Of a stretch of DNA of 64,000 nt, positions 52,292 to 64,000 are shown piece after piece (position 1 is the stretch's first letter; the number at the start of each line of letters is the position of its first letter). The DNA comes from Phoronis australis (taxonomy: Eukaryota; Animalia; Phoronida): assembly GCA_002633005.1 (NCBI GenBank), contig NMRA01000234.1:307535-371534 (forward strand), in the 5' to 3' direction. The notes below the pieces were generated by a model. The model did not search any database. It saw nothing but the letters and a program-made list of their open reading frames with translations, and was not told the DNA's origin. The position numbers and the translations under genes are program-made.

Positions 52292-55145
52292 TTATAATTT
52301 CGCTAAATTGTCGGTTGCCATATCTATGTCCACTCGATCAGCTTTAAGTACCTAAACGCAGGATGGAAAGAAAACAAGATTTTTAAAGTTAACAGTTACT
52401 CCAACCAAAAAACTTGCGGCATTCAGAATTTTATGAACTCACCAGGGATGTTGCAGCTCGGGCTGGAAAGTGAAAATAACGGTGTCTCCATCATCATAGA
52501 CGTCGCCCCCACCCGGTTTAGTGTTGGTCGTCTCCAAATTTAGAGTCATCCTACCACATCGGTACCCCCTGCAGGGCCGGGTGTCGTCCAGGATGGAACA
52601 CCTTCACTACCTCCCGCAGTCCCGCAGCCTCCCCTACTGGACCTCGCATTTCATAAAACTAACACTGGGAAAATTACCTAAGAAATAGCTTACTCAACTG
52701 ACGATATGCGGTGGAAATTTTAAGGCCACCTGGCGACACGAGCACTTCAAGTGGTTATAATACCGCCTTCCGTCACACAAATCAATTTTTTCAGATTTAT
52801 ACCTTTTACCGTTATGAAATTGATCTCGAATTGTTTGATATTCAAACAACGTGATTTCTGCGCTTTGAAAGAACTGGACTCAGATCTACGAGTTGATCTG
52901 TAACAGCATGTTATTTCAGATCTTTAAATGACAATAACAGCAACGTGGAGCGTTGAAATGCACGACAGCAGAGCACATGGTATGCTTCTATTGGTGTTTT
53001 TAGTATCATAAAATTGCCATTAGATGACCCAGAATATGTTAAAGACGGTGTCTCCCTCTAATACAAAACTATTCGCCATGAACCTCCAGGTATACTGAGG
53101 CACACGTAAAATTGAATTCCCCTTAGGAAGCACAGTGGCAGTCGAATTCGTCCATATGTTGCCAAATTATGCTTATTGGTTTAGTAGATACAGCCGTAGA
53201 TGCGAAAAATATCACTAGAGGGCATCACAGCACTTGGACCTGTCTGAAAATCCACGCCAGTGGTGCTCTTGTCAGTAGAAACAATTTTCATAGCGATCCT
53301 CTGGGGAGTTTGGCGGATACAGAAGCAGGCAGCAAAAACAGACTGAAAATGGCCATTAGGTGGTGGGACATTCATTAAATCCATTCCAAAATGGAAAAGT
53401 GTTGTTATCTTCATAATAGAAACTTGTCAAATTGCATGAAAAACACCGGGGAGCTTTAGATAGGGAGGGAAAGGTAAAACAAAGTTTCCACTAGGGGGTA
53501 GCAGTAATCACAGCCGTCTAAAAAGTCGTGGGCAGCCATTGTCACACTAATAGAAAAACACTTACAAAAACACACTAACACCCTGCAAAGGAATCAGTTG
53601 CTACAGCCATGGTTGCAAAAATACAAAATCACCATTAGGGAGTGCAACAGTTGTAACCGTCCAAAAACCAACGTCAGCCACAGTCTTCTCGTCAGGAAGA
53701 CAACTGCTACCATTGATATTAGATTCTTTGCCTAGTTTGGCTGATAAAGACGCGGATGCCCAAAAAACGAACACAAAATTATAAAAAGGTACTACGTGGC
53801 GCAAAATATGTCGAATTCGTCCGGAAATGGAAAGGCTTCGTTATTCCTTAATAGAAAACTGTTCACCAAATTTCTGAAAAAATCCAACAATAAACCATAA
53901 CGATACAGGGGCAAACGTAAATAAATTTAGTTGCCACAAAAGGAAACAATCGTAGTCAGATTGCTCTGAAACTCCATCTTCGTAGGAGCACAACTGCCAA
54001 AATTCACAACGATCGTCCAAAGGAGATACAACCGCGGACGCACAAACACAAAATTGCAACTAGAGGTCGCCTGAATAATGGAACCCGTCCGAAAATCAGC
54101 GTCAGTTGCGGTCTTCCCATGAGGAACACATCTGGCAATTTTCATAACTATCTTTTGAGTCGTTTGGCACTGGCAGATAGACGGAGAGACAGGCCTCAAA
54201 AACCTACTCAAACAGAGTAAGTGGTCACCAGGTGACGCAGAATACGTCGAATCTGCCCGAAAACGGGAAGACGCCGTCGCCTCCATAACAGAAACCTATT
54301 TGATAAATTTCATAAAAATCCACCACGGAACTCCAAAGATACGTAAACGCAAACGTATAAAAATAAATTTCCACTAGGAGATAGAGCAGTGGTCGGGTAG
54401 GTGCGAAATTCGTGGTCGTCTGCCGTCAATCTTTGGCCTCATAAGGTCACATCTGTCAAATCTCATTATGCTCATGAAAGGGGTTTAGGAGATACAGCAG
54501 AGGACGCCGGTCTCCCGGACACCCACACAAAGACGACGGCAATATGCATCCCTGAGTTATTGACAAGTAATGATAATTTTTTATAGGAAAGTGGTCAAAA
54601 ACAAAAGGCCAGACTACTAACCTTGACGCTAGCTACCCTGGCCGCCGCTGGTTTCGTCTCCGTCACCGGTAGATCCTTTCGAAGTGTACTTAACTGATTA
54701 TCAGATTTTTCAGTCAATGTTTTCGTGTGGACGTTCAACTGAAAACGACAACGGACATGACATGTTATTGTTAGAAAAAAATAAGTTGATAATCAAGCCT
54801 TCCGGTAGGTTATTAATTGTGAGCTGAAATTATGAATAATAATGCCGTATCACACGGACATTTGGCGTTACCAGGCATACCACTACAAACTTCAACCAAA
54901 ACTGTTTTCAGTTCACGATCGCGTCAAGTTAAACGTTTGACACAGACCAGTATCTGGCCTAGGCCTACACCGCTAAGGCATCAACACTTTGTCTAAGAAA
55001 CAAGCGATGTACAAATGTACAAATATACCTTCTTCAAGTTCGTCGTGACTTCCTTAGATTTGTTTTTCGCCTTTTTAACTTTATTCCCAGCCACTTTGAA
55101 CATAGCGTCCTTAGACCCAGACTTTCTCTTCTTGTTCTTTCCCAT
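52292..55145 (-). CDS. RBIS: Ribosomal biogenesis factor (C8orf59 family), 97 aa, 3 coding exons
   Basis: complement(55145-55029, 54738-54622, 52351-52292), phase 0/0, GT-AG: MGKNKKRKSGSKDAMFKVAGNKVKKAKNKSKEVTTNLKK / LNVHTKTLTEKSDNQLSTLRKDLPVTETKPAAARVASVK / VLKADRVDIDMATDNLAKL*. Matches recalled human MAKNKLRG..VFHIA..KAKNKAKPVTTNLKKIN..VNVDEATRLMALL. Not in the ORF track. Confidence 0.9.
52427..52660 (-). other. RBIS: GC-rich intronic fold-back enclosing a candidate 20-nt microexon (52462-52443)
   Basis: Nested complementary blocks read by eye; ttttcactttccag|CCCGAGCTGCAACATCCCTG|gtgagt. Confidence 0.6.
52932..54585 (-). mobile_element. Third, diverged Helentron copy, in RBIS intron 2
   Basis: ACAGCAACGTGGAGCGTTGAAATGC..ATGGTATGCTTCTA aligns with 1543-1602. 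Periodic CCACTAGG-type motifs; GGACGCCGG..GACGGCA end. Confidence 0.7.
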
Positions 55146-56468
55146 TTAGCTTGTTTACGATCTTCGAAGAGCTGCGATCAACAGTTGGTACTACAATCCT
55201 CAAGTAGTAGGATCAACGGTTACGAATTTCAGGAGCTTCTATCCTCAGCTAGTACGAGCCCTGTAAACAAAACAGATTAGCGTGAACGAATGTACGCTTT
55301 CTAAAAATATCATCAATCCAAAAATTTGAATCATAACTGCCTGCTCACTTCTAGACAAAAAATAATGTTTTCTATATGCACAAAACGTACCGAGGGTAGC
55401 GTAGATGAAGTAGAACCTATATTTATCCCATATATGTGAAAATATGGGCATTGTACACGTCACATTATCAACTGTGATACACGGAAAAGTACAGCATACA
55501 ACGGCAGAAGCCGTATTTCACGGTTGGTGAGCAGTCTCCTGGTGGAGTCAATTCGCGAGCGCAACGCCAAATTTGGGTTACCTCGAATTCCCTTCATCTA
55601 GGACATTCCCTGATGAAATGAATTCTCGAAAGGATATGGCAGTAGTATTTTATGTAAGTGGGATAACCTGTATGTGTCTCAATTTTCCCAATACTGACTT
55701 ACCTGTTTTTGAGAAAATTTTTGAATTTCTGTTTAGCTGTTTTGATAATTGTATTTAATGGGTATTTGCAGCGTAGATGTGGCGGAGTCAGTTGTCTTCT
55801 AGCGCTGAGAGTATTGTCGACTCTATGAGCAGAATAAATCTAGGCAAGAGGACAATAAATGTGCATCTATGCGTTTCGTGACGTAAATACAAAACAACAG
55901 CCAGGACTGTTCTTTCTTCGGCTTTCAATGACTTGCCCCGTAGTGCTAATTACTGAGCGAGCAACAACGGGGTACTCCTTTAACAGATGGTCGAACGAAA
56001 CACAAACTGTTGCCATGGCGACGGCAAAAAAGCAGCATCCTTCATTAACATACCAAACCGTACCAATGCATTAGTAGCCCTTGAGGTTATACATGTACTG
56101 ATAATTGGCATTATCCCACCCACATCGTGCTGTGATTGACACGGAGCAGGCCTGCACGCCACATGCACTGGTGGACGAGAGCACATGGAATCGAGCAGCG
56201 AGAGGTCAAATAGCGCCTGCCCTCACCAGTTAGCACTCGAACTGCCACAGTTATGAATATCGTTGCCAAGCAGACCGAGGTTAGAGGCGTCAAAAGTTCG
56301 TCTTGACTTTGAATATGATGATCTATGATCGATCACAAGACCTACTCAGGAGAGTGACATGCCTCGCTGAAGTAAACTCCCGGTTTCGATAAACGAACTG
56401 GATGTTATTAAATTTGACATTCCTTAATTACGAAGTTGCGTACGTTATGACTAGTGCGATGATAGAGG

Positions 56469-56690
56469 AGACACTGTGGCTCAGTGGTTTCAGCTTCGGA
56501 CTCCTGTTTGGGAGACCTGGCTTCGAATCCCGGCTTCACTGTCAACAATCGAGCATTGCACAAAGACATCTCCCACTCCTCTGAGTTCGGTCTTACTAGT
56601 GAATGTATGCAAGGGAGAGAACGAGAATCTGGCTCCCGTTCTGTAACGCTAGGACCTCTCAAAAACGTAAGACTGCGCGAGATTACGTGA
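56469..56690 (+). mobile_element. tRNA-derived SINE
   Basis: A box TGGCTCAGTGG and B-box-like GCTTCGAATCC at tRNA spacing, but no proper cloverleaf or oligo(T). The 3' boundary is approximate. Confidence 0.55.
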
Positions 56691-59600
56691 GATATTGTAG
56701 CGTATTTTAAGTGAAAACACGTGACTTTGGCTTGATTTTAGCTAGGTCCTAGCGTAGGTCCTAGCATTGCTGAACGCACGCCTGGATGTTATGTGAAAGC
56801 GATTTCTGGAACTGCGCTAATTTTAAATGACAGTATGTAGTTTTTGCATTAAATGAGAGTGATTGCGGCGAGGAGCTTCTGCAACCGTGAAAACAGGAGA
56901 GCGTGCAAGCACTGGGTGAGGGGAGAGAGTTCATTGTTTCTGTATGTTCAAAATCTGAATATTGTTCTGGTAAAAGTATCTATTTATGAAAATAGATGTC
57001 GCATCGACTTCTTGACTATTGTCACATGCCCTTGATCTCTTGTCATGTTATTCACAGATAAAATCCGCAATCTGAAGCACCCTTTGTCCAGGACAGCCTA
57101 AGGTGTCAAAGCCAGATCACGTGGTCGTTTGCGCCTAACGTCAAAACCATTGTTGAGCGCAGTGGGAAAGAGTGTTTTGCTATACCGAAGAACACATGAG
57201 AAAAAAACGACTACTCTGAAGCCAAAAACATTCGACGAATGCTTCAAAAAATTACATCTTTCATGTAGGAGAGAAAATCGCCTCAACCATGATTGGGGCA
57301 AGATTATTGTGCATCGCATTCGCGTGTCATTTATCAGGTAAGCAGTCTTGGAAATATTAGTATCAGAAACGTGTTTGTCAAGGCTTACTGTGTCAACACC
57401 AGTAATGATAGACCTCTGTCGGGGTATTTATCACTGAGTGACCAAAATGTATTTTATCTGATAACTGGAGTGCGTTACCACTCGGGTCAACATCCGAAGG
57501 ATGCGATGGGAAACTGTGTACTGTACGAGTTTTGATAGGCGAAAACTCTTTGTAATGACGATGTGGAGACGGATTATGTACCATACAGTGTGTAAATTTA
57601 TATCTATAGGAATATGTGTCACATAAAAACTCAGTGTCACCAAAGATCATAACGTGTCCAGTTTCCATTATTAATATCCATGGTGTACGTGCCATCCATG
57701 ACTGCATGGCCCAGGTACGATCCTACAAACCTTGGTCCCGGACCAACAAACATCAAACCCGCTATACAAATTCCAGACCCACGCTTTTACCCGGTGAAGA
57801 AACTAAATAACGGGAGAGATTCCTCTCCCAGACCCAGGTCCGGGTCTATTCGAAGAGGCTCGTTTTCTTGACACGCCATTTTAGCTACATGACAAGTAAA
57901 ACTTTAGCCATATTGTGTAAAATAGATTCCTCTGAATTAGAAAGATCGGGACTTGTCAGACATCTGACGTACTTTTAAATTTATCTTCTACTAAATACAC
58001 ACGTGACTTCTACCATGACGAACTGGCCTCAAACCCTGGGATCAAATGTAGGAGTAATGTACGCCGTCGTTTTTAAAAAAGAACAAATAAGAGTAGACAA
58101 AGCACAGGTCAAAATAAAGTCTAGTTAGTTCACGACAGCCCTGTTCACTTTGTTTTGTTCATTCGTATTGTGTTCTCAGCTTGGATAAAACCGAATAATA
58201 ATATACTGCCACGCACGCTCGGTCGAATTGCAACAATAGGTGAGTGCAATTAACGTCCCGTAACACTTTCATAGGACACTTCTGAAATGAGTTTTGAACG
58301 GTGACCATCTGAACCAGGTCCAGGGGAGCCAGGTGCGCCGAGTTACCTGGCTCAGGCTCCGATTGTGAAACAAATTATCTAAACATTTACACGGAAAGCA
58401 ATTATTGACAGCTGAATAATATGCTGAGTAGTAAACAGTAGGCGCGGGATAAACAGTGAAGATGAATATAGCCTCGGACCTTTAAGTGTTATTATGTAAC
58501 CAACGTAAATATTTCTGATTCAGCTATCGTCAAGTACACAATCACGGGTTTGTTTAGGAATAGTTGAATGTCAGCTGTGCGATAAGCATAATTATGTCCT
58601 TTCCCTTCAATAGGAGAGGAGATTAACATGCAATTTGTGAATGTAAGACCGTCAGGGAAGTCTCCACACACTTTCACATGCACGTTACGTGTGTCATATT
58701 CACGAAGTCCAAACAAAGTACATAAGAACTCTATTTCAAAGAATTCAGTTTACTCATAGGAAACATTTGGCACAGGGACGAGAAATGCAGCAAAAATTGA
58801 TTAAAAATGCAGCATTGTTATTAACAGTTTTGATTTCTCCGACGAGTTAACATTTGTGCACCGCATCGTTTAAACCTGTTTCCCATCAAAACGCTGAACT
58901 GAAAACAAAAAGGTCAATTTACAGGTCACTCTCTATTACAGCCGGCCAATCACTTTGAAGAAGAAACGAAGGACATAATTATTTGCGCGGTTAACTCCGA
59001 CATAAATGTGAAGTTTCCCATGTCTGATGATTCGATTATGTAGCTTCTGGGATCCACCTTATCCCAGTCACTTACAGACCGTTTTGCTGGGCCTTTCTGT
59101 GGACACTAAAAGCAGAACCGATTCATCTCAGGTTCGGCTGGCCACTTCGCCAAGAGTTTGACTACGTGTCTATGCACGACCGCGGGGACAACTTATTGAC
59201 TAATATTAAAGGCCCAATGAAATTGGGTAGAAAATATGAAGCGGGCGTAATGACATGTACCACGCTCAGTCGTATGAATAATTAATTAAAAAACTGAAAA
59301 ATTAGTCGTCCTAATTTGGCCACTTGTACCGATGCTGTGACGACAACGGTGATTTTTTTAATGTCACCGACATGGAATTCTCGTAGGCCTACACACCGTA
59401 AACACCTGCAAACAGGTATACAATCACTAAAGGTGCTTATTATAGTTGGTTCTTTAACAGTTACTACATTCCGTAAACATGTTATTTATGCATAGAGAGG
59501 TTCCAGGGCATAGTGTTTCGGGGTATAATGAGGTTCAATCACCAACAGTTCAAAGACCTACAGCTATTGCAGCGAATCTATTTATTTTTCATGTTTGTTT

Positions 59601-62600
59601 TGGACTGCACAAAACTTAAGCTGAACAAACACAGCAGTCGACACAACAGTGCGTTCACGCAGAATGTTGAAAGAAATGCTTGGGTTCAAATGTTTTGATC
59701 TAAACAGAAATCAAAACAACGTATCCGCATAAAGTACCTATAAAATATTACGGTCCCATTATTTGACGGCATTTATTCCAGTAGTCTTCACTGCCTGTCA
59801 AAACCAAATTACATACTGCGATTCCACACATTCTTATGCTCAATCAGCATCTTGTACACGTTGTATATAAGGTAATTTTATTCCAGTGATGTGTAAGTAC
59901 GGACGACTTCCGTTATAAGCAACCATTCCGCGATCTTTTGAGGCTATCCCCAGACTTTTGTCACTTGTACAAGAAAATCTATTTTGTTTATTTTCAAGAG
60001 TGAAACTCATAAAACTAAACGTGAACAAGATATGCTTAGATGCAGTTATAGTCAAATACCATTTGTTTTAGGCCTTAACTATCGGTCATTCAACATTCCA
60101 TCATTAAAACTTCCATTCCCTCGTTCCTATCTTGAGTTCAGTACTCCGAGAATAATCCTCTTTGGGTCGGATCGACACGCGATATGAAGCTACCTTTCGT
60201 ACGGAGATTTTCCACGGCATCCTATGCGTAGGTACTTCTTCGTCAGAAACTTTTGTAACCACTAAACCTTACGGTTGAGTTATATTTTGTTGCTAACGAC
60301 GGTCGGGATTACCTTCGTTTCAAAACGTTCAGCTGCTCATCCCAGCCAAGAGCAAACTACGTTGCGATATCTTTGCCTTTGTCAAAATTGAATTGATCGA
60401 GTAGCCACGAGTGCTCTACATTGATATCCGACAATAGGCTTCCTCGTGCTATCTGTAACGACTGTGACTGATATAACGTGATAAATAGAATGGTTTCGCT
60501 GGTTTGACTACGAACATCCAGTCACACACCAAGGATTACGCCATACAACCAACACCCAAGGGTCATAAACCCCGGGATCATAGCCCATAGGGATCTAACC
60601 CAAGAATAGTACGCCACCAAAGGATAGAACATCCAGTCAAAAAAGCCCTACGGGTTTACATTCACAACGTATAGATGTCTGTCAGAATTGGTTGTGAGCG
60701 CAGAATGCTGTGAATCCCTAACACAAACATCACGAAGGTTCTCGCGCGCGCACAAAGAAGACAGGTATCACACAGTAAAACTTGAAAGCTGACTTTCCGA
60801 ATCATTCAAAGTTCCCGATAACTGGGATAGCTTTGGGACCATTAGCGTTGCACTGAGGCCAGTAGAAATACTTATAAGACACCAAGTTTTTCAAACTATC
60901 TTTTTAAGGGACACCTTACATAGGTAACACGGAGCACTGAGTACATACCATTACGATTAGACATCAAAGCCACGGGGGGGGAGGGGGCATTTATTTCTCG
61001 TTCACCGAAAAATTCTTTGAGCATCAAATGAATCGTCATCAAGCTAACAGTTTTATAGGCAAAGAAGACAAACTGGGTCAGAAAATATCAGCAAGCATCT
61101 AGGAAGTGCTTGTTTCTAATAACAAAATTATTTTAAACATTCTCAAGACATTTGATCGCCAGCAAAGAGTCGCGACTTGATGACCTCAATGAATGATAAC
61201 TGGGATGGCATTGCACGGAAAAACGTTTGGAGATTACAAATCACTCTAGGGATGCCCACAGGTGGAAGCTTAGGGTCGCATGACTCGAAACTACTTCACT
61301 GTTCAAGCTATCACCAAACCCACAAAGCTCCTAATTGAAAATGCCCCATACAACGATCAAAGTTTAGTCCCGGGAAACCGTCCTGATGAGCAATGGGGTC
61401 GCCGAGAATGGAGTTAGATGTACGTACGGTATATTTTGACGTTTGTGAGTTCAAAGATGGTTCAGAGGCGCTGGTCTGAGAGGTTTGACATTTCCTGGTC
61501 TGGGACTAGGATTTAGAGGATCGTATTTGGAATTTAGAGGCACAGCTATTGGAGTCGTTTCCTCCCCTTTGAATGTGGAACATAACTTAGTTGCAGAAAA
61601 CACGTCACTAGTAAACGAGTTAGATGGAGCGAGTAAGGATGACCTTTGACCCGAAATAGGTTTCTCACCAATGTACTTGAAAATCAAATGTAAATGTCTG
61701 AGGACGTTTCGTAAACCGTTCGTATATCTGTTACGCTCATCAGTTTGAAATGGCGTTTTCCACACTGTCCAGCAAGACCACCACAATGCCCAGCAAATAC
61801 TTCTCACAGATGTATGTCTGGTACATTTAGCAACACCTATCGAATCGCACATTTCTAGAATGAATTTGTTTAGTCTTACTGTTTGAGAACTACACAGTAA
61901 CCAGTTGCACTATAAACAGTCCACGTCAGGGACTCGGCTAAATTCCCTAAGTAGTGCGTGTTAGCAGACTTGTTTGAAAACACCAACTATCCTTTCTGCC
62001 GTTGTTTTAGTTTCTTTACTAAGTCAAATTTTTCCTTTGATTCAAATCGAGAGTGAACTCTACGTCGGATGCCCAATGTCATTGGAAATAAATAGGGATC
62101 TTTTCATGCTGCGCCCCCAATTAAGGACGAAGTCTCTATTTATTTTCATTGAACTAAAGGCTCAGATTTTAGTTACATTGTATTAGAAAATGTCATTAGC
62201 CAAAGAGGAGTTCATAACGAAGATAAATGACAGATTAAAGATATGATTGAAGAACGAATTCGCGAAAGATTAGGGAACTTAGTTGAGTCCCTATTTGGGA
62301 CTGTTTCATGCAACCGGACACAGAAAGCTCAGAAAGAAGACATCTGGGTGGTCAATCCAAGTTAATAAAAATTTAAAGACATTTTGTAAATACAGTAAAC
62401 ATGAGCCACGGGCTCGACTATAAAATAACAATAGATTCGCTAAATAAATAAAATAAATAAACAAAACAGATAAATAAATGAAAACAAGTACGCTATACAG
62501 AATTAAGAAGTAATGGAGATAGGGGTCCAGTACATGAGAAGCGATTTAAAACGTTTGGGCTGGCATTCTGTCATAAGTCAGGGAGAGAGTTCCATGTGGC

Positions 62601-62889
62601 AGGACCCTGTAACTGAAAGGATTTCAGAGGAATAGAGTTTTCTTGACCTTTACCACTAAGTTATACACCGTCTTTGAAGGGGAGGTAGAAAAAGTAAAAA
62701 AATAGAAATGAAGAAGAAGAAATGCGTAGTGCGATATTCATTCAAGATTTCGCGAATCCATTTCGATTACTTCTTTGAGTTTTTCTGATCACCAATTTTA
62801 GTTCGCTGTTGTCCTATTTATTGAATGACATCAAAACGTACCTAGCAACAAGTCACAGTCGATACCTAGCGAGTGCCGTCACAGTCGAT

Positions 62890-63160
62890 AAATTTAGTGA
62901 CGTCAGACCCGGATGAACACTACGTGCAAGCTCTCAGAACAGTTTGCGGACCACTTGCTTTGCTCTACACCCCAGGCCACTCCGCAGGTCGCTAGCTGCC
63001 CATGTCTCTGATTCCCCAGACTCACGCTTGTAGGCGGTTCCTTAAGCGGAGTGCCGGAGGGGAGGGAGCGGGCTGTTTTCGCATCCGTCGTACTCTCCGG
63101 ACCATAGGTATACACACGGAGTGTTGTCGAGTGAAAGCCGCAAAACGCCTCCAAGTGCTA
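62890..63160. promoter_or_regulatory. CpG/GC-rich segment, possible promoter or first exon of an unidentified gene
   Basis: TGACGTCA (CRE) abutting CCGGATG (ETS-like), GC-rich body, possible donor ATAG|GTATAC near 63107. Confidence 0.3.
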
Positions 63161-64000
63161 GTTCAGCTCAACACCAAATAACGGAAATGTCAGTTAACTC
63201 ACTACAGGTTTAAAAACATTAAAAAACGAACTCCAAGTCTATCCAAGCGGGTTATTAGGCTTCCATGTACTTTAAAACACTGCAACTTTCAACAACGTTC
63301 GGAGTTTAAAATACTCGAACCACACGTAGGAAAACACTTAAGAAACTGGTAAGAAAGTATTGTCAAGAATATTTTGGCATCAGTTACGGGGACACGGGTT
63401 TCATTTAACGGCACTGTAATGAAACATTCGGTAATGTCGCCCGAGGGATCCAGTACGATACTGACAGAAGTCGACACGATGTATGTGAGAGGCAAACTAA
63501 TCAATCTGAATTTGATCGGTGCTGTCGAAACAATTTAGCGACACCCGTACACACATGACTGCACAACAAAAGACTGTCGACAGAAGCCCAACTGCAAGCG
63601 AGGTTTACAAGCGTACGTCTAAACAATTTTGTATTTTCAAGAATGGGGCGCGTTTCAATAAAATCAAATATGAAACGCACGTGTTTCAATGTTTGATAGG
63701 TAACGGAGAAAGTAGAAACTACTTTGGTCCAATCTCAAACGAAATATGAACAAGAGTAGCGTGCTCTCATTCTAACGTTTTTCTACGGTGACATACTCAA
63801 AGGACAACTACTTTGAACTTAACATGAATACCTGTGAAGTAATCTACCAAATCAAACAAACTGTTATCTCCAAATTGACATTAGCATGATTACACTTGGT
63901 GTCTCCCATCAAAAAGGGTTGATAATTTGCGAATTATAAGAGCCACCCAGTTTTGAATGGGTTGACCAACTCCGTCGGTATTTTTACACTCAAAGCTCTG

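Noticed and set aside
52427-52660. RNase P/MRP, SRP, U17 or telomerase RNA identity for the RBIS fold-back
   Set aside because: Their conserved motifs (GGAAGGUCUGAG or GAAAGUCCCC, SRP helix 8, AUAUUCCUA/AAACCAU, CUAACCCU template) are absent.
56469-56545. Second tRNA gene
   Set aside because: A/B boxes are present but the acceptor and anticodon stems do not pair and there is no terminator; treated as a SINE head.
57393-57871. Cluster of short overlapping ORFs
   Set aside because: No recognisable domain or coherent exon structure.

Overview
AT-rich invertebrate animal genomic DNA with spliceosomal introns and two assembly gaps (23205-23793, 31067-31857). Four protein-coding genes can be rebuilt exon by exon with consistent GT-AG phases. 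They are the 5' part of VPS9D1 (minus strand, runs off the window start), a complete ANKS6 (plus, 15 coding exons, 858 aa) divergent from it, NOP10 (minus, 64 aa) and RBIS/C8orf59 (minus, 97 aa). There is also a tRNA-Lys(UUU) gene. Introns and intergenic DNA hold three near-complete Helentron-type (HINE/pearl-like) elements whose ~148-bp core repeats carry CTCF-like motifs, a defective Academ transposon with an exact TTTA target-site duplication (TSD), a decayed L1/Tx1 LINE, a tRNA-derived SINE, several MITEs and minisatellites. The most interesting unexplained signal is a ~235-nt fold-back in RBIS intron 2. Its G-U pairs favour folding on the transcribed strand, and it encloses a strong 20-nt frameshifting microexon, base-pairing its polypyrimidine tract and 3' end. 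NOP10 has a parallel long-range intronic helix. Gene identities rest on recalled similarity to human orthologues; no database search or folding program was run.
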